Origin: Patescibacteria group bacterium
Lineage (GTDB): Bacteria > Patescibacteriota > Patescibacteriia > UBA9570 > JAHJKD01
DNA: 64,000 nt
Direction of reading: 5' to 3'
Assembly: GCA_018822435.1 (NCBI GenBank)
Contig: JAHJKD010000003.1
Coordinates: 1,208 to 65,207, forward strand
Part shown: piece after piece, positions 1 to 8,382 of the stretch
Numbering within the stretch: the first letter of the stretch is position 1
Layout of the letters: every line of letters starts with the position of its first letter
Program-made: the position numbers and the translations under genes
Notes under the pieces: model-generated
Databases searched by the model: none
Seen by the model: the letters and a program-made list of their open reading frames with translations, nothing else
What the model was told of the DNA's origin: nothing

Positions 1-20
1 ATTTTTTCATGGTGATATTA

Positions 21-974
21 TTAATTGCTTATTGCTTTGAAATTTATTTTTTGAATTTCGTCCGGTTCTTGTTTTTTAGAATTTTTTTTATCATCTAATT
101 GTTCGTCTTCCTTTTCCTTTATTGTTTCAGCTTCTTCAACAACGGCTTCAAGTTCTATGGTATTAGCGATATCATCGAAGGTATTGTACCATTTCTGAAT
201 TTCAATCGGGGCGATGCCTTGTTCGACAAAATTGTAAAACTGGTCTTGGCCAGTGGTTAACCAAACCTTGTCAGTTGGTTCACAATTAACCGGATCATTT
301 TCGAAAAGCTGACGAACCTTGTCCATGAAATTAATTTTAGGGCCAGTTAGAGTGATAATGATCTGATTTTTATTGTTGTAAAAAATTAGATTTCTTTCAA
401 ACGTGACATCACAGAGCGCATCTTTGCTAAGAACCATGAATGATTTAGCCGCTTTATCACCACCGGCAATTTCTTTTACCATGAATGAATTTTCGTGCAT
501 TTCCGGAAAATCTTCGCCTGGTTCGCCGTCGTTTAAGGCATCACGGTCATCCCGGGCAGTTTTTTTATCGTAGCCGAACAGAGATGTTTCTGATTTTAAA
601 TCATCAATTGGGCGGCTGGCAACAGAGAGGGTCACCTTATTGCTTTCAGGATCAGGACTTCCTAGTTCAATGTCAGCGGGATAAAGAAAGCTGAATTCAG
701 CTTTGCCTTCTGAATAAGTCTCCCAATCTTCAGTATTGACTTCTGAATCTGTGGTTGCGTTCGTGCCTGGAGATGCTTGTGTTGAAGCACTGGGATTTGG
801 CACCACCTTTTGGGCAGGTTCTTTGAATTTATTGGCCGAAGAATTGGCAATAAATGAAACGACTAAGCCAAATATAATAACAAGACCCGCTACAATTAAT
901 AAGGTCCGCATGGAATTTAATTTTTTCCCTTTTGTCTTTTGCTTTTTTAGGATTATTCTTTCTTTTTTAGGCAT
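21..974 (-). CDS. Hypothetical membrane-anchored protein; N-terminal TM helix, Lys/Glu-rich C-terminal tail
   Basis: 317-aa ORF. Hydrophobic segment LLIVAGLVIIFGLVVSFI near the N-terminus. No recognisable catalytic motif. Last gene of a minus-strand operon with overlapping start/stop codons. Confidence 0.45.
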   Translation of the reverse strand: MPKKERIILKKQKTKGKKLNSMRTLLIVAGLVIIFGLVVSFIANSSANKFKEPAQKVVPNPSASTQASPGTNATTDSEVNTEDWETYSEGKAEFSFLYPADIELGSPDPESNKVTLSVASRPIDDLKSETSLFGYDKKTARDDRDALNDGEPGEDFPEMHENSFMVKEIAGGDKAAKSFMVLSKDALCDVTFERNLIFYNNKNQIIITLTGPKINFMDKVRQLFENDPVNCEPTDKVWLTTGQDQFYNFVEQGIAPIEIQKWYNTFDDIANTIELEAVVEEAETIKEKEDEQLDDKKNSKKQEPDEIQKINFKAISN

Positions 975-1983
975 AACGTGAAATCATTTTATCTTGAATT
1001 TTTTTATTTTTTAAAAGCAGTAATAGGAAGTTTGGAATTAACCTTCTTATTATACCTGATTTTTCAAATATTTTCATGTCTCTTTCTTGATGTTGTTTAA
1101 TTTCCAGCAATTCTTCAATTTTTTCGGATTTATAGTCTTTATCTAAGATCATGCGGGCTGTTTCCTGGCCAGTCAGCATGGCTGGGTACATACCTTCGCC
1201 CGTGAAACCGGATGTAAAGCCCCCGGCTGCGCCAATCAGAAAAACATTATCAAATTTATAACCTTGATAATCATAATTAATTAGATGAGACTGATATTTT
1301 CCTTTGGATACATCGATTTTCTTTTCTTTTAACCAAGTGCTAAAATTTTCTCTTAATACTTTAGGTTGCATATACCTGATATCGCAGGCACAACCAATAG
1401 AGTCAAACTCTTTATGCGGGAATATCCAGGCATAGCCGGAATGGAATGATTTTGTATTAAAAAATAATTCTAGGGCATTATATTTTTTTGGGACCAAATA
1501 TTGAATGCCCATTAATAATTTTTTTGATTCCAGGCCCAAATAATTCCGGGTAATTGAAGAAGCACCGTCAGCTCCGATCAAATAATCAAAGCCGATCTCT
1601 TCTTTTTTATTTAGAATTACTGATTCTTTTTTGATTTCCGTCACTTGGGCATTTGTGCGGACTTCAATATTTTTTAATTGTGAAAGCATCCATTGGCCGA
1701 GGCGACCCCGATCAACCGTAAATATAAAATTGTTTTTTTCTTCAGCAGTTACTGATTTTGAGGGTGTATGGACAACCACTTTATTAGCGGCGAAATCTAG
1801 AGTTTTTTTGGGAATTTTTAAATACTCGATATCTTTTAAAGTGAGACCGCCAGCACAAACCTTGGGTCCGATTTCAGGTTTTTGTTCTAAAAGTAAAACA
1901 GATTTGCCGGAAGCCATCAGATGGCGAGCGCAGTTCAAGCCGCCAGGGCCGGCCCCGATAATAATTATGTCGTAGGCTTTCAT
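967..1983 (-). CDS. FAD-dependent oxidoreductase, geranylgeranyl reductase family
   Basis: N-terminal dinucleotide-binding motif DIIIIGAGPGGLNCARHL. Overall similarity to the digeranylgeranyl-glycerophospholipid reductase / GGR family, judged by eye. Overlaps neighbouring genes by 4 to 8 nt. Confidence 0.65.
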   Translation of the reverse strand: MKAYDIIIIGAGPGGLNCARHLMASGKSVLLLEQKPEIGPKVCAGGLTLKDIEYLKIPKKTLDFAANKVVVHTPSKSVTAEEKNNFIFTVDRGRLGQWMLSQLKNIEVRTNAQVTEIKKESVILNKKEEIGFDYLIGADGASSITRNYLGLESKKLLMGIQYLVPKKYNALELFFNTKSFHSGYAWIFPHKEFDSIGCACDIRYMQPKVLRENFSTWLKEKKIDVSKGKYQSHLINYDYQGYKFDNVFLIGAAGGFTSGFTGEGMYPAMLTGQETARMILDKDYKSEKIEELLEIKQHQERDMKIFEKSGIIRRLIPNFLLLLLKNKKIQDKMISRYA

Positions 1984-2708
1984 TTGGTGTAAAATTTTAC
2001 GTAATCGAATTTTGCTTCGGTCGGAAGTTCGTCTTCATTTAACAGTCCTGTTTTTGACTTGTCGTCTGATATCCATATGTTCATAATTACCCTCTGGTCT
2101 CCTTGGGGGATGTCTTTTTTTGTTTCGTAAAGCATTTCACCATCCACATACCATTTTATATGTCCCGGCTGCCATTCAATAATGTAATCATGAAAAGCTT
2201 CTGAGGCGTCAAAATTGAGTTTAATTATCTCTGAATTTTCATCTTTTATACTGGTCCAATTATTAAAATGGATTTCGTTTGTGTTATTTCCACGAAATTC
2301 AACATCGATTTCATTAAGGCCGTTTTGATCATCTTCATAAGTAAAAAATGCTGTGATTATACCGTCTCCCTTGGCCACTTTCATTCTAGTTTCGTAGCGG
2401 CCAAATGAATAATTTTCCCGGGAGCGGTATTCCGCTCCGGAATAGTCGCGGCTAGCCTGGGGTTCGCCAGTCAGCTTTAACCTTAAGATACCATCGTCAA
2501 TGATTGCATTTTCAGGATTAAAGCGAGCCAGATTTTTGGCAAAAGTATGATTTGCCTTTTCCCACATATCATAATTTTCAGAATTGAAATTGTCTTCCCA
2601 GATTAAAACCCAGCCATAATCATCACTAGCAATAATAGCAGGATTGTTGCTACTACACCCGGCCAGCAAAAAGGGAATTATAATAAAAAAAATAAAATAT
2701 TTTTTCAT
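1980..2708 (-). CDS. Glycoside hydrolase family 16 (laminarinase/beta-glucanase-like) lipoprotein
   Basis: Lipoprotein signal peptide with lipobox LLAGC. GH16 catalytic motif E-I-D-V-E-F (ExDxxE). About 240 aa, typical of a single GH16 domain. Confidence 0.7.
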   Translation of the reverse strand: MKKYFIFFIIIPFLLAGCSSNNPAIIASDDYGWVLIWEDNFNSENYDMWEKANHTFAKNLARFNPENAIIDDGILRLKLTGEPQASRDYSGAEYRSRENYSFGRYETRMKVAKGDGIITAFFTYEDDQNGLNEIDVEFRGNNTNEIHFNNWTSIKDENSEIIKLNFDASEAFHDYIIEWQPGHIKWYVDGEMLYETKKDIPQGDQRVIMNIWISDDKSKTGLLNEDELPTEAKFDYVKFYTK

Positions 2709-3760
2709 GGCAGTAATTTTAATATTGCATCAATTACGATTTGTGGCTGTTTGAATAAGATATCATGGTCACTTTCTTCAGCTACTAATAATTCAGAATT
2801 TGTTGACATAGCGGCCAGGTCTTCCTGCACGCTTATTTGGGCATCACGATATTCCTGATTTTCTGATTCAGATAGTTGGGGAATTTCAGCGATCTGGCCG
2901 GCCCGAATGATTATCAGGGGCGTGTCGCCAAAGTTTTCAATTTCCCGGGCTTGACGAGCAGAAAGATCCTGGGATTCCAATTCTTGGCGCATTGTTTCCC
3001 AATGTTGGGAACGGGCCAATTCGGCTTCGTATTCCTCTTTTATATCATTAGGAATATCTGCAGAAATAAATGGTGCATATTCTGCAATACTATCAATTCC
3101 AGCCAGCCGGATTAAACCGAATTTTGCAGCGGTTTGAAATAATTGAAAAATAGTATCAAGAGAAGAATTTAACTGAATAACCTGGTCAGGAGAACGGGCA
3201 TCAAGATCTTCATGAGCAGAATCAACTAAAACCATACCCATAACTTCATTACCATGATTTTTTGTAAAAAGCCTGGCATTAAGGCCGCCCAAAGAATAAC
3301 CGGCGATAATAAATGGTCCTTCAGTTTCATTTATTTGATGCATTAAAAGATGAAGTTCATCTGACATTTGTTGGGCAGTGCGCTCGATGCTGGAAGGTTC
3401 TGACCAGCCATAACCGGGCCGGTCAAAAGAGCATACTTTAGAATATTGAGATAATTCTGATTGTATATAGCGCCAGTCAAGTGTACTTCCACCCATACCG
3501 GACTCAAGGAGAATAATAGGAGAGCCTTCGCCAGTGCAGTATAAGTGCATGTCCTGCGAATTCACTTTGTATATTTCACCAGCGGGAGAAAATAATTCTT
3601 GGTCAGCTGCAACATTGCGTGACTCCATGAACCAGCCTATTAGTAATAAAAAAATTATCAAACCAAAAAGTATTGCGAGAATAATTCCAAAAATTTTTCC
3701 AAAACGGGACTTGTTTTTTTGCTTTTCTCTTTTTTTTAAATTTTCACCGCGATGCGACAT
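2705..3760 (-). CDS. Alpha/beta-hydrolase fold protein (membrane-anchored esterase/lipase-like)
   Basis: N-terminal TM segment. Nucleophile elbow G-Y-S-L-G-G (GxSxG). Downstream Asp and His candidates complete a catalytic triad. Confidence 0.65.
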   Translation of the reverse strand: MSHRGENLKKREKQKNKSRFGKIFGIILAILFGLIIFLLLIGWFMESRNVAADQELFSPAGEIYKVNSQDMHLYCTGEGSPIILLESGMGGSTLDWRYIQSELSQYSKVCSFDRPGYGWSEPSSIERTAQQMSDELHLLMHQINETEGPFIIAGYSLGGLNARLFTKNHGNEVMGMVLVDSAHEDLDARSPDQVIQLNSSLDTIFQLFQTAAKFGLIRLAGIDSIAEYAPFISADIPNDIKEEYEAELARSQHWETMRQELESQDLSARQAREIENFGDTPLIIIRAGQIAEIPQLSESENQEYRDAQISVQEDLAAMSTNSELLVAEESDHDILFKQPQIVIDAILKLLP

Positions 3761-3810
3761 ATGATTATGGAGGCGGATTTAGCGAAATCCGCTTTCATTT
3801 TTTTAATTGA

Positions 3811-4143
3811 TTATTTAGCGCAGTCTGCGGGACAGTTTTCCGGAGTTTCCGGACAAGGGCAACCGATGGCCATACAAACTATTTCTTGGCAGACGCCATC
3901 ACCGCATAAGTCTTCACAGCTTTTCCCTTCGGGATTTTCCGGAGGGATGACCGGGGCTTGCTTTTCATTAGTGAAGCTCCGGCCGCTGTCGGTCATGCAT
4001 TGTTCGGGATACGACTCCATGATCGGATATCCGGCCGCGGCGCACTCCTCGAAGCTATTGATATCCGCATCTTTGTCAGGAGCAGCAGCGCAGCCGGCCA
4101 GCACGATCGCTGACACGGCGGCCAGCAGTAATATTTTTTTCAT
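3811..4143 (-). CDS. Small cysteine-rich secreted lipoprotein; compositionally foreign (high G+C)
   Basis: Lipobox VLAGC. Twelve Cys in ~90 mature residues (CAAAG..., CEDLCGDGVCQEIVCMAIGCPCPETPENCPADC). The ORF is visibly G+C-rich compared with its AT-rich neighbours. Confidence 0.5.
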   Translation of the reverse strand: MKKILLLAAVSAIVLAGCAAAPDKDADINSFEECAAAGYPIMESYPEQCMTDSGRSFTNEKQAPVIPPENPEGKSCEDLCGDGVCQEIVCMAIGCPCPETPENCPADCAK

Positions 4144-4148
4144 AGATA

Positions 4149-5096
4149 TTATTTGAAAGTTTTAAAATTTTTCACAAATTTTTTATCCAGCAAGACAATT
4201 CCCAAAGACATAAGTGCCAGGGTAATAATTCCGGCCAAGCCCACCATGCTTCCAAATAAAGGATTGGGATTGATTATAAAATATATGGTCATGCCGGCCA
4301 TGCCATTGAGCATGCCATGAAAAGCGGCTGCGCCTAAAACAGTCCTGGTTTTATAGCGGGCGTAAATAAAAGGCAGGGTCAGGCCCGTGGTAAACAAGAT
4401 CATCATGAGCGCACCCAACCAGGAATATCCGGGATAGTTGTAGCCTTGTAAAATTATGGGTGCGTGCCAGATACCCCAGATCACGCCAATCAATAAAGTT
4501 ACTTTAATTAATCCAAGCTGCCGGAGTTCGTCTAATAATAATCCGCGCCAGCCCAGTTCCTCACCTAATGCAAAAATTAAATTAATTGAGAAACCAACGA
4601 TGATTCCAGAAAAAATACTGCCAAAAAATAATAACAGGGGAGTAAAGGGAAGATTGTTAACATCAGTGGCTGCGTCTTGTCCGATCAGGCTGTTCACATC
4701 AGCCTCGTCGAGCATTTGTTGCATATTGGCTTTCATATCCGAATTTGAAAAACTTACCCGGCCAAATTCTTCCATACCGAGAACATTTCCAAATAAACCG
4801 GCGATATTAAAAGTGAGAAGCACGAGAGTGATCATTAGAATAATAGTCAGTATGATTCCCCAGAGATTAATATTTTTTAAAGTCAGACCATAATCAGACA
4901 GTTTTTTCTTATAAACCAGTTTTTGTAAAATAATTACAGCATAAGCAGGAGCAGGCATGAAAACAACCGCCAATACAACCATATAAACCAAAGACCCGAA
5001 CTGTATATCAAGTAAGTACATGATCAAAGCTATTCCCCAGGAAATAAAAAAAGTAATGCCTAAAAACTGCAGGATTTTTTTCCAATTGATATTCAT
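4149..5096 (-). CDS. CPBP-family (CAAX/Abi) intramembrane metalloprotease
   Basis: Multi-pass membrane protein. Conserved CPBP motifs EELGWRGLL (EExxxR) and FHGMLN (FxxxH ... HxxxN/D). Confidence 0.7.
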   Translation of the reverse strand: MNINWKKILQFLGITFFISWGIALIMYLLDIQFGSLVYMVVLAVVFMPAPAYAVIILQKLVYKKKLSDYGLTLKNINLWGIILTIILMITLVLLTFNIAGLFGNVLGMEEFGRVSFSNSDMKANMQQMLDEADVNSLIGQDAATDVNNLPFTPLLLFFGSIFSGIIVGFSINLIFALGEELGWRGLLLDELRQLGLIKVTLLIGVIWGIWHAPIILQGYNYPGYSWLGALMMILFTTGLTLPFIYARYKTRTVLGAAAFHGMLNGMAGMTIYFIINPNPLFGSMVGLAGIITLALMSLGIVLLDKKFVKNFKTFK

Positions 5097-5175
5097 ATTA
5101 TGTATATTTTACCATTTTTTTAATTATTTGCCGAATTCATGGTAAACTTAAATATATAATTTTAAAAATAATAAA

Positions 5176-5547
5176 ATGCAAAAAAAGAAGGATCTTGTAA
5201 ATTGGGCAAAAGAAATAGACGCTTCGCTTATTGTGATTGATAAAAATAATATTATTATTGAAATGAACGACAAGGCCAAAGAGATTTTTAATGAAAAAAA
5301 GAATAAACTGATCGGAGATAAAGTTTTCAAATGCCACCCGCCTTTTGCCCTTAAAAGAATAAAAGCTCTAATAAAAAAGAGAGAGCCGGACGTTTATACT
5401 ACTCAAACAAAGACGCAAAAAACTCTTGTTTACCATACGCCCTGGTATATAAATGGAAAATATATGGGTTTTATAGAATTGGAAGTTCCTATTCGCAGAG
5501 ATATGCGCAATATTTTGCGTGGTGATTTTGGATATAAAGAATATTAA
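5176..5547 (+). CDS. Small PAS-like domain protein (hypothetical)
   Basis: 123 aa. Alternating beta/alpha pattern typical of a PAS fold (LIVIDKNNIIIEMNDKAKEIF ... WYINGKYMGFIELEVPI). Low G+C like the host. Confidence 0.35.
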   Translation: MQKKKDLVNWAKEIDASLIVIDKNNIIIEMNDKAKEIFNEKKNKLIGDKVFKCHPPFALKRIKALIKKREPDVYTTQTKTQKTLVYHTPWYINGKYMGFIELEVPIRRDMRNILRGDFGYKEY

Positions 5548-5578
5548 CTGCACTTTCATCAACTAGGAGGGACCCACC

Positions 5579-5992
5579 ATGATCCACCGGAGTATTGTAA
5601 TTCTCGCGGCTTGGGCCTGTTTGGTCATAGCCATTCCCGCTCACACCCAGGACGAGGAGCCAGTCACGTTTGAGCGACTGGATAATGCAGGGTCGTTCAA
5701 AAGGAGCGACGGACGGATGTATTACTTCGTGCCGTTTGAAAGAAACGGAGCAATGCCTCTCATGTTCGCTAAGAAGATGCCAGATCTGGCCAACATGTAT
5801 ATGCTGGCGATGAGTGAGGCCTGGGGCTTGGCCAGCCTTGAAGATGTAGACGCGGTCATGGTGATGTGCGTGCAGTTTCCAGAAGTGCAAAAACATGCCG
5901 CCTGCATTTCGTTTTGGCAGCGGGATTCCCTTAAGGAGGGGGAGGAGTCCGCTGGTGTGGTGTTGGTTTCAGAGCCGTTGCCGGTTCTCTGA
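5579..5992 (+). CDS. Secreted hypothetical protein in a high-G+C foreign island
   Basis: Good SD sequence AGGAGG 8 nt upstream of the ATG. Signal peptide IVILAAWACLVIAIPAHTQ. G+C clearly higher than the flanks. Followed by a stem-loop terminator. The long overlapping minus-strand ORFs here were treated as high-G+C artefacts. Confidence 0.5.
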   Translation: MIHRSIVILAAWACLVIAIPAHTQDEEPVTFERLDNAGSFKRSDGRMYYFVPFERNGAMPLMFAKKMPDLANMYMLAMSEAWGLASLEDVDAVMVMCVQFPEVQKHAACISFWQRDSLKEGEESAGVVLVSEPLPVL

Positions 5993-5996
5993 ATCA

Positions 5997-6050
5997 GGGG
6001 TGCCTTGGAGACGTAAAAAACCTCCGAGGCGCCCCTTTGTCTTTTTATTT
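5997..6050 (+). terminator. Rho-independent terminator, probably bidirectional
   Basis: GGGGTGCCTTGGAG-ACGTAAAAAA-CTCCGAGGCGCCCC stem with two G-U wobble pairs, followed by TTTGTCTTTTTATTT. Lies between convergent genes 5579..5992 (+) and 6045..6404 (-). Confidence 0.6.
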
Positions 6051-6404
6051 CTTGTAAAACTGCATCATTTTTCGCTGGGAGACGAGAAGACAGGCCCAAG
6101 CCGGGATCGAGAAGAATATGGAAAGCGCCGCTGACACGGATGCGTATAGGGCATTATGAGTAGCTATATCAGGACTTAAGAGATTTCCGGGCGGGGCGCC
6201 GATGCCGCAGGCGAACCACTGCCCGAAGAACAGGAACATGTACCCGAAAACGCTCCATATGGCGGCCGTGCGCAAAGGCCCGTCAGATAATTTATAGACT
6301 TTCATCCAGTTCCAGATGACCAGGATGAAAAGCACCATGCCGATGATGGCAAAGATCCCGAAATAGAGCCACATCCAGGTAGGATGGCTTAAAGGAAAAT
6401 TCAT
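6045..6404 (-). CDS. Hypothetical integral membrane protein (high-G+C island)
   Basis: 119 aa with about 3 TM helices. Its start overlaps the stop of 6404..6634. G+C composition is foreign. Confidence 0.4.
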   Translation of the reverse strand: MNFPLSHPTWMWLYFGIFAIIGMVLFILVIWNWMKVYKLSDGPLRTAAIWSVFGYMFLFFGQWFACGIGAPPGNLLSPDIATHNALYASVSAALSIFFSIPAWACLLVSQRKMMQFYKK

Positions 6405-6634
6405 TATGTTACCCTCCTTTCTTTATGTCCAAAAATTAAAGCACCAGTTACCATAAGGGCGGCGCCAAGAGGCGGCGTCAATAATTGAAAAAGTCCGAAT
6501 GATTCATTATCCACCGAAAGCGGATAGGGCAAGGGGATCCCGGCCATTGCCCATAAGAAAGAGAAGGCCGTGTAAACGAACATGACAATGATTCCCAGAA
6601 CGAAGATTGTTTTTCCCAATGTTGTTGCTGGCAT
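6404..6634 (-). CDS. Hypothetical small membrane protein (high-G+C island)
   Basis: 76 aa with 2 TM helices. Translationally coupled to the downstream ORF. Confidence 0.35.
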   Translation of the reverse strand: MPATTLGKTIFVLGIIVMFVYTAFSFLWAMAGIPLPYPLSVDNESFGLFQLLTPPLGAALMVTGALIFGHKERRVT

Positions 6635-6691
6635 AATTTTTAGAGTTTTTTATTAAAAAATTTATTTATTACCTATTAATTAAAATATTTC

Positions 6692-6718
6692 ATATAACGT
6701 TCGTGTGTATGCGATGTT
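6692..6718. repeat. attC-like half-site F (end box plus left arm only)
   Basis: ATATAAC-GTTC-GTGTGTATGCG-ATGTT. Abuts the fic stop codon. Its arm can pair (one G-T wobble) with the arm CGCATACACGC of half-site E at 7638..7648. Confidence 0.5.
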
Positions 6719-7357
6719 TTATTTCTTTTTATTTTTTGAAAGATCTTGAGCCGTTTCTTCCAATGCTGATTTAATTATTGATTGTAACTCTTTAAGATCA
6801 CCCTGGTCAGCGTTTTGTAAAGCTTGAATATATTTTTTCCTTCCGGATTTAGTTTCCACTTTTAATTCCATTGGCGGTAAATTCAGATTCAAGAGAATAA
6901 TATTAATTAACAACCGTCCCATACGGCCATTGTAATCCTGAAAAGGATGAATCCATAAAAATCTATGATGCGCCCAGGTAAGCAGTTCAATTAATTCATC
7001 AAGAAATTTTCCATCATCTATTTTGGGAAGATTTTCCATCCTGACTTTAATATCTTCACACAGATCAATCATTAATTGGGGCACTAAAAAAAATTTTGGC
7101 GGAGTGTGATCAGAAATGTTTACCTCAATTTTGCGGAATTTACCGCCAAATTCAGGAAATATCCAACTAAAACCGACTTGATGTACTTTTTTAAGAAAAG
7201 AGGGAGTAATGGGTATTTTGCCTGATTTATATTTTTCTAAAATAAAATCCCAGGCTTTTTTAATGCCTTCAATTTCAAGGGGTATTAATTTAGAGCGGGG
7301 AATAACGCCAAAAGCAGTTTGCTTGTAGCTCGTTTCGTCTTTTTTCTTCCCGGTCAT
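6719..7357 (-). CDS. fic: Fic/Doc family protein (class I Fic toxin, AMPylation-type)
   Basis: Fic active-site motif HPFQDYNGRMGR (HxFx[DE]xNGRxxR, with Tyr in place of the first Gly). About 210 aa. A small upstream ORF carries an inhibitory motif. Confidence 0.75.
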   Translation of the reverse strand: MTGKKKDETSYKQTAFGVIPRSKLIPLEIEGIKKAWDFILEKYKSGKIPITPSFLKKVHQVGFSWIFPEFGGKFRKIEVNISDHTPPKFFLVPQLMIDLCEDIKVRMENLPKIDDGKFLDELIELLTWAHHRFLWIHPFQDYNGRMGRLLINIILLNLNLPPMELKVETKSGRKKYIQALQNADQGDLKELQSIIKSALEETAQDLSKNKKK

Positions 7358-7359
7358 AA

Positions 7360-7575
7360 TTATTTGGATTTGCTAATGACTTTCTGGACCATCTTTCTCG
7401 TGGTAGTGGGGTTTTCTGTTTTAGTGGTTCGGTAAATCATTTTTTCTTCAAATGCACGAAAATTATCTTGCCGTTCCTGGGAGGAAGATTTCCTATATTT
7501 TTTAAGTAATTTAATGATATTTTGCTTGCTCATATATTTAAAGTATAGCAAAAATACTGAAAAAGTCAATTTCAA
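7360..7575 (-). CDS. FicA/VbhA-like antitoxin candidate (true start probably the internal Met at 7533)
   Basis: Small ORF immediately upstream of fic on the same strand. Contains T-T-K-T-E-N, which fits the Fic inhibitory helix motif (S/T)xxxE(G/N) that class I antitoxins supply in trans. Confidence 0.45.
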   Translation of the reverse strand: MKLTFSVFLLYFKYMSKQNIIKLLKKYRKSSSQERQDNFRAFEEKMIYRTTKTENPTTTRKMVQKVISKSK

Positions 7576-7596
7576 AAATTAAAATAAAAAGAAATA

Positions 7597-7658
7597 AAAT
7601 ATGGGTGAAGTGAGGAGGAGGTACGACGACGAACGGAACCGCATACACGCTGTTAAAC
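7597..7658. repeat. attC-like half-site E (conserved core, right arm and end box)
   Basis: AATATGGGTGAAG...GAACCGCATACACGC-T-GTTAAAC. Its terminal box GTTAAAC is the exact reverse complement of box GTTTAAC at 8241..8247, across the def cassette. Confidence 0.5.
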
Positions 7659-7673
7659 GAAGTCAAGAAAAAT

Positions 7674-8219
7674 CTATGTTATATAATTTATTATTTTATG
7701 AATTACATTGAGCTTCTTTTGATCATACAATTCATCTATTGAAATTAAGTTCTTACAATCCTGAATTCTATCAATATATAAAATAGCATCAAGGTGATCA
7801 ATCTCATGTTGAACTAATCCTGCGAGTTTCCCTGAAAAATTGTACATACATTTTTTGCCTTGATTATTATACGCTTTGATAGTGATTTTTTTAAATCTTT
7901 TAACAAAGCTGCGCAAATAGAAAAAACTAAGGCATCCTTCACGGTTATTGATTAATGCTTTAGACTTTTGAATGATTTGCGGATTGATAAAAATATTAAA
8001 CTTTTCTTGATGATATATAATTATTATACGAACAGGATACCCTAATTGTGGCGCACAGAGCCCATTCCCATGGGAAGATGATATTCTTTTTATTGCCTTC
8101 ATTAATCTGATAATTTTACGAGATATCATCTGGACATCTTTTGATTGAATAGACTTAAGAGGTATCCTTTTAGATTTTTTCCGTAGGATAGGATTACCTA
8201 ATTGAAGAATTTTTTTCAT
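7674..8219 (-). CDS. def: Peptide deformylase, second divergent copy carried as a cassette
   Basis: All three PDF motifs are present: GNGLCAPQLG (motif 1, GxGxAAPQ with A changed to C), EGCLS (motif 2), QHEIDHLD (motif 3, HExxH). A canonical def-fmt pair sits at 59.5-60.9 kb. Confidence 0.8.
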   Translation of the reverse strand: MKKILQLGNPILRKKSKRIPLKSIQSKDVQMISRKIIRLMKAIKRISSSHGNGLCAPQLGYPVRIIIIYHQEKFNIFINPQIIQKSKALINNREGCLSFFYLRSFVKRFKKITIKAYNNQGKKCMYNFSGKLAGLVQHEIDHLDAILYIDRIQDCKNLISIDELYDQKKLNVIHKIINYIT

Positions 8220-8240
8220 AGAAAGATTTTTCTCGATTTT

Positions 8241-8334
8241 GTTTAACGTTCCTGGCTATGCGATGTTGCGACCGAAGGGAGCAATATGGGTGAGCTCTCT
8301 CGAAAGAGAGCGAACCGCATAGCCAGTGTTATGT
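8241..8334. repeat. attC-like structured repeat D
   Basis: GTTTAAC-GTTC-CTGGCTATGCG-ATGTT ... AATATGGGTGAG-CTCTCTCGAAAGAGAG-CGAACC-GCATAGCCAG-T-GTTATGT. The 11-bp arms CTGGCTATGCG and CGCATAGCCAG are perfect complements. End boxes fit RYYYAAC and GTTRRRY. Confidence 0.6.
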
Positions 8335-8382
8335 GTTGTAATTAAATTCAGCGAGCGAAGCGAGCTATATTATTGGGGTAAT

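Noticed and set aside
5489-6099. Two long minus-strand ORFs (135 and 125 aa) in the high-G+C island
   Set aside because: They overlap the plus-strand ORF, which has a canonical AGGAGG SD and a signal peptide. High-G+C DNA yields long spurious antisense ORFs. They have no start context.
8348-8366. GCGAGCGAAGCGAGC as an additional recombination box
   Set aside because: It is too short. It is listed only as a 13-mer shared with 54166..54178.
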